From positions 1 through 42,776 of the forward strand of contig JAKRSG010000046.1 in NCBI GenBank assembly GCA_022402405.1: a stretch of DNA of 42,776 bases, in the 5' to 3' direction. This DNA comes from Bacteroidia bacterium. Lineage in GTDB: Bacteria > Bacteroidota > Bacteroidia > UKL13-3. Shown here piece by piece: positions 38,101 to 42,776 of the stretch. The notes beneath the pieces were generated by a model, which did not search any database, was not told where the DNA came from, and was given only the letters and a program-made list of their open reading frames with translations. Position 1 is the first letter of the stretch. Every line of letters begins with the position of its first letter. The position numbers and the translations under genes are program-made.

Positions 38101-38906
38101 ATATCCGGACCAAACAACTTTTGGTTATATAAAAAAACGGGTAGTTTGTTTACCATTAATAACCATCTGGTTAATTGCGTAAACCCTATGAACACCACAC
38201 TTCCTAGTAAAAAGTGCTTATTTATCAACTCTTTGCACAACAAATGAAATAATATTAAACTCATTCCAAATGTTAGGATTATTAGTAATCGAAGCCAATC
38301 AGGTGTAATCTTGGGGAAACCAAAAATTTGTATTGAACACAAATAATTCCCTTTTCTATCAAATAAATCTTGAAAATCTTGAATAGGTGATGGACTAAAT
38401 AGTGCCGAACCTAAAAAGCTAAGGTCTTTGTTTATGTGATTTTGTATATATTGATTTTGAAATTGATAATTCGTTTTAAGTTGATAAAATATGGCTACTT
38501 TAAAAGAATTCTGTTGCAGAAATGTTACCAAAAAAGAACCATTGTTGGTGTTTAAATAAAAGAAACCAGGTTTTAAAACAGGTAAATATTTGGAAGAATT
38601 AATAGTATTATCCGTCCACAACACCAATGTATCTTGCTTAAATAAATGTATAATCACCTTTTGCTGTTGAGCTAATTCAAGATAATCTGTCCACTTGCGT
38701 GCAATCTGCGTGGTGTCTTGAAGTACTTGATAAACAAGATCTCTACATTCTGCTTCTTTATCTAGTATTACTTGCTGAATGTGCTCATAATTGTTTTGAG
38801 CCTGTTGTTTAGTATCTTGTAAAATACCTATTTCTGAACCTATAAGCGAAAATAAAAAAACGATGCTTATAACAAACCAAAGTAGATATTTAAGTAAATT
38901 ATTCAA
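35190..38906 (-). CDS. Very large (1238 aa) polytopic NtrY-like sensor histidine kinase
   Basis: More than 12 TM helices in the first roughly 970 aa. A HAMP-like segment is followed by the H-box ARQIAHEIKNPLTPM, N-box LIKNACQA, G1 LDNGTGI and G2 GLGLPIVK. Apparent TTG start. Confidence 0.85.
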   Translation of the reverse strand: MNNLLKYLLWFVISIVFLFSLIGSEIGILQDTKQQAQNNYEHIQQVILDKEAECRDLVYQVLQDTTQIARKWTDYLELAQQQKVIIHLFKQDTLVLWTDNTINSSKYLPVLKPGFFYLNTNNGSFLVTFLQQNSFKVAIFYQLKTNYQFQNQYIQNHINKDLSFLGSALFSPSPIQDFQDLFDRKGNYLCSIQIFGFPKITPDWLRLLIILTFGMSLILFHLLCKELINKHFLLGSVVFIGFTQLTRWLLMVNKLPVFLYNQKLFGPDIYASSIYHPSLGDFLISVLLLLWYFNLIRKESIGVESTKPILLLKFIFLTWLSMVLADAAFDSIKSLVFDSQISFDVKNIYSINGFTFLGILLAFLLLFLCYKMFEKWYVFLRLASLSFYEKFFVVGLVFFFLHPFLVQYLFERNSSYTFSSSILLFSFILYENFAVNYLKRFQRYFVFIMLLSVITSVTLYHYSTIEEEENRFLYAAKLVSQNDVNAEYFLEDIEKKIESEKILKNYFSNPIAFKSQMVKKLRQLYFSGYLGKYDITVYDYNANKSHYQTRNIYHYNQVNYIYQNLGSTTINQYFRFLKNNAYLKGYLGRFIVRNENGIAGYIFIHLQPKLVQDETRFDELLIDGFRNHYNRHRSYSFALYRDMRLLSQSGEYAYRTTFTFNDINGKSGIFEENGYSHLLFKENDQLYVVVSRKEAAWYEPLGLFSLSFTLLSFLFLIVIAIYTFFNNRWLGLSYIKNHPYYLFIQHKLNSFITLKETELSLIRTRIQLGILLIVFLTLGSTAYFTISFISKQNAIRQEEKLVKKLRSVVSAIENESQEINFNKRQSDAEASINQIADFYNTDITFFNSHGEMLSSTIKKVYTEGIVAPLMDAQAYYHLHNLRESQYVQQERIATFQYTGAYVPVFGKNRMLLGYVQLPNFYQNIDLNSEISSIIVGFINLYALLFMVIGIIAWLVSRNISYPLMLIQQQMAKTIFGKQNEPIQWSRNDEIGGLVQQYNLMIDQLAESAEKLAISEREGAWRDIARQIAHEIKNPLTPMKLSVQHLERAWKDQSPKLPETFQRVTRTLITQIDTLSNLATEFSSFAKMPAPQYEWIHVNNLLEELVYLQRENFDGEINYTCEEDTQLWFDLGYLNRTLTNLIKNACQAIPEDKKGKVMIEVYKADNYLFLEVLDNGTGISDEQKSKIFMPYFSTKVIGMGLGLPIVKAMIESGGGDIGFESKLGEGTRFRVRIPLRESE

Positions 38907-38928
38907 GATTAAAATTCTTTGGGTTTAC

Positions 38929-39897
38929 CTAGCATCTGCTATCTTTCTCTAAGTAATTTTGAACATAATCCTTCACCCCTTCCTCTATACTTGTAAAGGG
39001 CGTTGTGTAACCACTGGCATGTAATTTATGCATGGTGGCTTCAGTAAAATATTGATAAGATTCTCGAATATCCTCTGGACTAGGGATATAATTTATTTTA
39101 ACAGGTTTATCCAACGCACTAAAAATAGCACTGGCCAGGTCATTCCATGTTCTAGCATTACCACAACCTAAATTGTAAATTCCAGAATTCTTTCTGTGGT
39201 GCATTAAAAACAAACATACATCGCACAAATCTTTTACATAGATAAAGTCGCGCATCTGCTCGCCATCCTTATATTCTACTCTGTGCGATTTAAACAACTT
39301 CACTTCAGATGTCTGTTTAATCTGATGATATGCATGAAAAACAACACTTGCCATTCTACCTTTATGATACTCATTCGGACCATAAACATTAAAGAATTTT
39401 AGTCCAGCCCAAAAATAAGGCCTATTCTCTTGGCTTAAAACCCATTTATCAAAATCGTTTTTAGAATTACCATATGGATTTAATGGATGCAGTACATCTA
39501 ATTTAGCTTCATCATCTGTATATCCATTTTCACCCGCTCCATAAGTAGCTGCACTGGATGCATACACAATTGGTATTCCCTCACTCGCACAAACTCCAAA
39601 TAATCTCTGGCTGAACCAAAGATTTAATTCATTAAATATTTGCACATCTTTCTCACTGGTATCCGTTCTAGCACCTATATGAAAAACAAATTGAACTTCG
39701 TGCGCATTTTTATCTAACCAATCAAAAAAATTCGGGCGGGTAACTAACTCTTTATATTTTTTTCCTTTGAGATTTTTGGCACGTTCAGGTATATCATTAA
39801 AATCGTCTACTAGAACTAAGTCAAAATATTGGTTAGCATTTAAATACGCCACCAAACAACTTCCAATAAAACCTTCGGCTCCTGTAACAATAATCAT
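38929..39897 (-). CDS. hldD: NAD-dependent sugar epimerase, ADP-L-glycero-D-manno-heptose 6-epimerase (HldD/RfaD)-like
   Basis: MIIVTGAEGFIGS Rossmann motif, YASSAATYG, and the NPYGNSK (YxxxK) catalytic motif. Confidence 0.65.
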   Translation of the reverse strand: MIIVTGAEGFIGSCLVAYLNANQYFDLVLVDDFNDIPERAKNLKGKKYKELVTRPNFFDWLDKNAHEVQFVFHIGARTDTSEKDVQIFNELNLWFSQRLFGVCASEGIPIVYASSAATYGAGENGYTDDEAKLDVLHPLNPYGNSKNDFDKWVLSQENRPYFWAGLKFFNVYGPNEYHKGRMASVVFHAYHQIKQTSEVKLFKSHRVEYKDGEQMRDFIYVKDLCDVCLFLMHHRKNSGIYNLGCGNARTWNDLASAIFSALDKPVKINYIPSPEDIRESYQYFTEATMHKLHASGYTTPFTSIEEGVKDYVQNYLEKDSRC

Positions 39898-39971
39898 ATT
39901 AGTAGATTAGAAAACGAAAGTAAGGAAACTAAAGTTAATGTGAAAGTTTTGGAAGTAAACTAGTGAGTGTT

Positions 39972-40397
39972 TTATTCACCAAAGTACTCCACAAAATTAT
40001 TTTCCGTTTCTATCAACTTTATACTGTGCAAATTACCATTTTCTATTTGAGGGGCTATGATATCCCAAACAGCCACCACAATATTTTCTATAGATGGCAT
40101 CATATTTTGTAAAAATGGCACATCCTCATTTAGATTTTTATGGTCTAACTGCTCAGTAACCGATTCTTTAATAATTTTCTTTAATTTTTTTAAATCCATT
40201 ACCATACCTGTTTCTGGATTGGCAATACCTTTAATAGTAACAAAAAGCTCAAAGTTATGACCGTGGTAATATTTATTAGAACACTTTCCAAAAAAAGCCT
40301 CGTTTTCTTCCTGCGACCAATTTTTGTTGTACAATTTATGAGCAGCATTGAAACGCTCTCTTCTAGTAATATATACTATTTTCTGTTTTTCAGCCAT
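39972..40397 (-). CDS. queD: 6-carboxytetrahydropterin synthase (6-pyruvoyl-tetrahydropterin synthase family)
   Basis: FNAAHKL, GKCSN and HGHNF zinc/catalytic motifs in a 141-aa protein. Confidence 0.85.
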   Translation of the reverse strand: MAEKQKIVYITRRERFNAAHKLYNKNWSQEENEAFFGKCSNKYYHGHNFELFVTIKGIANPETGMVMDLKKLKKIIKESVTEQLDHKNLNEDVPFLQNMMPSIENIVVAVWDIIAPQIENGNLHSIKLIETENNFVEYFGE

Positions 40398-40419
40398 ATA
40401 GCTTTTAAAAATTCGGTCG

Positions 40420-40452
40420 CAAATATATCCATTTTATCTGGTAATAAACAAA
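40420..40452 (-). promoter_or_regulatory. Candidate queD promoter: -33 TTTG, 21-nt spacer, -7 TATATTTG
   Basis: On the minus strand, TTTG lies at 40449-40452 and TATATTTG at 40420-40427, 23 nt upstream of the queD ATG. Confidence 0.5.
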
Positions 40453-40479
40453 TGTTTTGGTTCAGACAAGAGTAAAAGA

Positions 40480-41397
40480 CTAATAGCTATTATCTGCGTT
40501 TACTAATATATTTGGGGCATAACAAATCTCTTCCGAAACAGGGAGTCTGTTTATAATTCCCAACGATTTGAGGTCGTTTAGGATAGACAACAACTGAATT
40601 TCATCTATCTCTTCAGAATAGGCATACTCCAATTCGCTGAACCATTGTTTGGCATCCTCTAACTTTAGTTGATATCTCCAAGCTACCATTTGAGTGGCTT
40701 CTTTTTCTTTGAATTTAAGCTCGTAACAACTTTTGTTAACGATATCTAAAACGGTATTTACTAAATCTGGATTTTCTTCTATAAATTGATTTCGAGCAAC
40801 TACTGCAAAACAAGGCCATGGGGTTCTGCATTCTCCCAAAAACTTAAACTCACCAGCATCTACGAGCGGTTTAGTCATATATTTCTCCCACATAAAAACA
40901 TGTGGTTCACCTTTGGCAAGCAATTTCCTTGCACCATCCATATTCCCTACTACCTCAAAATCTAAAGCTGAATCTATGGTAAATCCCAAATTTCTGGCAT
41001 TTACAAACGACATCAAATGAGAGCCTGAACCATATCTACTGATGGCATATTTGGCACCGTTAATTTCGCTTAATTGGTTAATCGGGCTATTTTTACCAGT
41101 ATATATCCCCCAACGTAAAGGAGAATTAACATAGAACTGAACAATTTTACTTGGATTTCCATTTAATATATCGGCTACAATTCCTTCTGTAAGTGTAATA
41201 GCCATATCGAGCTCATTAGCTCGCAAAGCGTTGCACATTGCACCTGTTCCTCCCGGTATATCTTGCCATTCAATTGAGATACCTTCATTGGCAAAAACCC
41301 CGTTCTCATTGGCTATGTGCCATGCTAAGTTAAAGTGTTCTGGCACACCGCCCACCCTCACTAACTTTTTCATGCTAGTTTGATCTAATAAATCCAT
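40480..41397 (-). CDS. Cytoplasmic periplasmic-binding-protein-fold protein (NMT1/THI5-like substrate-binding domain)
   Basis: The RVGGVPEHFNLAW...GGTGAM...ELDMAI pattern is typical of the type-II PBP fold (NMT1/THI5 family). No signal peptide. Confidence 0.55.
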   Translation of the reverse strand: MDLLDQTSMKKLVRVGGVPEHFNLAWHIANENGVFANEGISIEWQDIPGGTGAMCNALRANELDMAITLTEGIVADILNGNPSKIVQFYVNSPLRWGIYTGKNSPINQLSEINGAKYAISRYGSGSHLMSFVNARNLGFTIDSALDFEVVGNMDGARKLLAKGEPHVFMWEKYMTKPLVDAGEFKFLGECRTPWPCFAVVARNQFIEENPDLVNTVLDIVNKSCYELKFKEKEATQMVAWRYQLKLEDAKQWFSELEYAYSEEIDEIQLLSILNDLKSLGIINRLPVSEEICYAPNILVNADNSY

Positions 41398-41493
41398 CGA
41401 AATTTGAAATTAAATATAGGTTCAGACCGTAATTAAAAATGCAGCAACAAAAATAGATAACACTAAATTATAAAAAATGATTTAGATTATATA

Positions 41494-42483
41494 TTATTTA
41501 TTTGATTCTTCATTTATCTCCTCTAAAAAAACTATTCGATTTTCTTCACTAACTTGGATATTTCGTTTTCTTGCCTGGGATAAAGCCCTCTCAATAGCAA
41601 CATTTACATCATAGCCAAGCAACAAAATAAATGTGTTTATGTAAATTAGCATCATAACTACTAACAAAGCTCCAATAGAACCATACAACTTATTATAGGA
41701 GTTAAAATGATTTATGTATTGTGAAAAACCATATGTAGTTAGCAAAATAATGAGAGTAGCACTAATCGCACCAACGCTAAAAAAGTTTAATTTCCTGCTT
41801 CTAGCAGGAGCATAATAATATATAGCACTTACAATCCCTAAAACAATCAACCCAGCAACTATCATATTAAAGCCCGCAATTAATGTGGGAATGGTTGAAC
41901 CTGGGAAGTATTTTACCTTCTCTAAATATGAAATCAAGACGGTTCCGACGGTTACCATTAAAACAGATACCAAAATCAAAACAGTTGCAAAAAGCGACAA
42001 GCCAATAGCTACCAATCGTTGCTTTAAAAAAGTTCTATTCTCATTTTCATAATTGAACTTATTAAGTAAATCCATTAGGTTATGAAAACCATTCGTAGAA
42101 AAATACATGGCAGATATAAAACCAACCGATAATAAACCACTTCGTTGATTTTTTAAAATATCAGACAAAGTTTCTTTTATCGTTTCAAATGTACTAGGAG
42201 GTATGGCTTGCGCAATGAAAAACAATATCTCGTCTGGCTTATATTTTAATGGGAGATAAGCTATCAGGGTAAAGAAAAAAATTACTGTTGGGAACAAGGC
42301 TAGAAAAAAATTAAAAGCTAATGCAGAAGCCCTTAAATTCAACTCACTTTTTCCCATATTTCTGATAAAAAACTCCAAAACCGCATATAAAGAAACCTCT
42401 GGGGTTCCGGGCATACTAATCTCTGATGCTTTTTTTACCAGCCATTTTACAGGTTTTAGAAAAAGTAGTTTATTAAAAATCAT
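41494..42483 (-). CDS. YihY/BrkB-family inner-membrane protein
   Basis: RASALAFNFFLALFP motif, six TM helices, and a GSIGALLVVMMLIYINTFILLLG terminal helix. Confidence 0.8.
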   Translation of the reverse strand: MIFNKLLFLKPVKWLVKKASEISMPGTPEVSLYAVLEFFIRNMGKSELNLRASALAFNFFLALFPTVIFFFTLIAYLPLKYKPDEILFFIAQAIPPSTFETIKETLSDILKNQRSGLLSVGFISAMYFSTNGFHNLMDLLNKFNYENENRTFLKQRLVAIGLSLFATVLILVSVLMVTVGTVLISYLEKVKYFPGSTIPTLIAGFNMIVAGLIVLGIVSAIYYYAPARSRKLNFFSVGAISATLIILLTTYGFSQYINHFNSYNKLYGSIGALLVVMMLIYINTFILLLGYDVNVAIERALSQARKRNIQVSEENRIVFLEEINEESNK

Positions 42484-42488
42484 GCCTC

Positions 42489-42776
42489 CTAATATTTGTC
42501 AAAATAGGGTTTTAAAGCGTTAATTAACTTTTCAGGAGCATCGCACGGCCTTTGAGTTTTCATGTTAATACAAACTAAAGTAGTTTCCCCTTGGTTCAGC
42601 AAAACACCTGCCTCATTAAATATCTCATATAGAAACTCAATACGCACCGAAGGGAACTTTTTTATTGTAGTTCTTACCGTTAATAAATCATCGTATAAAG
42701 CTGGTTTTAGATATTTGCAACTTAAATGCAAAACGGGCATCATGATACCTTCGTCTTCAAACAATTTATAACTTAA
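42489..42776 (-). CDS. Hotdog-fold acyl-CoA thioesterase (YbgC/4HBT family); N-terminus lies outside the window
   Basis: The frame is open to the window edge (the listed M is a TTG inside the ORF). The pattern ...LHLSCKYLKPALYDDLLTVRTTI......IEFLYEI is typical of the 4HBT family. Confidence 0.7.
   Translation of the reverse strand, partial: LSYKLFEDEGIMMPVLHLSCKYLKPALYDDLLTVRTTIKKFPSVRIEFLYEIFNEAGVLLNQGETTLVCINMKTQRPCDAPEKLINALKPYFDKY

Noticed and set aside
6539-42600. Possibility that the abundant GGTTCAG core is merely tRNA T-arm/box-B-like sequence (GGTTCGA) or a remnant of tRNA-derived repeats
   Set aside because: The word differs from the T-arm consensus at the critical positions (CAG versus CGA). 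No copy has cloverleaf context, and all perfect copies sit in intact protein-coding frames.
1-42776. CRISPR arrays, rRNA genes, IS elements, integrases, and restriction-modification or other recognisable defence gene clusters
   Set aside because: I scanned the intergenic regions and the ORF translations. I found no regularly spaced direct repeats, no transposase, integrase, nuclease, helicase or methylase signatures beyond the RNA m5C methyltransferases, and no rRNA-like sequence.

Overview
Low-GC (about one-third GC by eye) chromosomal segment from a member of the Bacteroidota, probably a Flavobacteriia-like organism. Supporting signs are TAnnTTTG-type -7 promoter boxes, no obvious Shine-Dalgarno sites, a bacillithiol bshB1 gene, and the FtsX-DUF3098-UppP-TruB gene order. 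I count 37 credible CDS (two run off the window edges) and one tRNA-Lys(UUU). I see no rRNA, CRISPR array, transposase or integrase. Content is mostly housekeeping: pyruvate carboxylase 3' end, fabD, rsmB/rsmF-like RNA methyltransferases, truB, uppP, ftsX, leuS and queD. The remaining content:
- a secreted N-glycan-core degradation cluster (GH20, glycosylasparaginase, CutC, GH2 beta-mannosidase, GH20-like with a discoidin domain)
- a MazF/RHH toxin-antitoxin pair
- a PadR-PspC envelope-stress pair
- a REC-PAS-HisKA protein lacking an ATPase domain
- a very large NtrY-like sensor kinase translationally coupled to a 1158-aa predicted outer-membrane barrel

The most unusual signal is at the DNA level, not a gene. 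The 9-mer GGTTCAGCC (extended consensus TTGGTTCAGCCAGA) occurs at least 10 times, and its 7-mer core at least 24 times. It appears in both orientations and in five of the six possible reading frames of unrelated genes. That is far above a base-composition expectation and resembles a DNA uptake sequence or another genome-wide DNA signal. The second notable item is a 152-bp nested triple-stem palindrome (23221-23372) between two divergent promoters. All functional calls come from motif recognition by eye. No searches were run, and the enrichment estimates are zero-order back-of-envelope figures.
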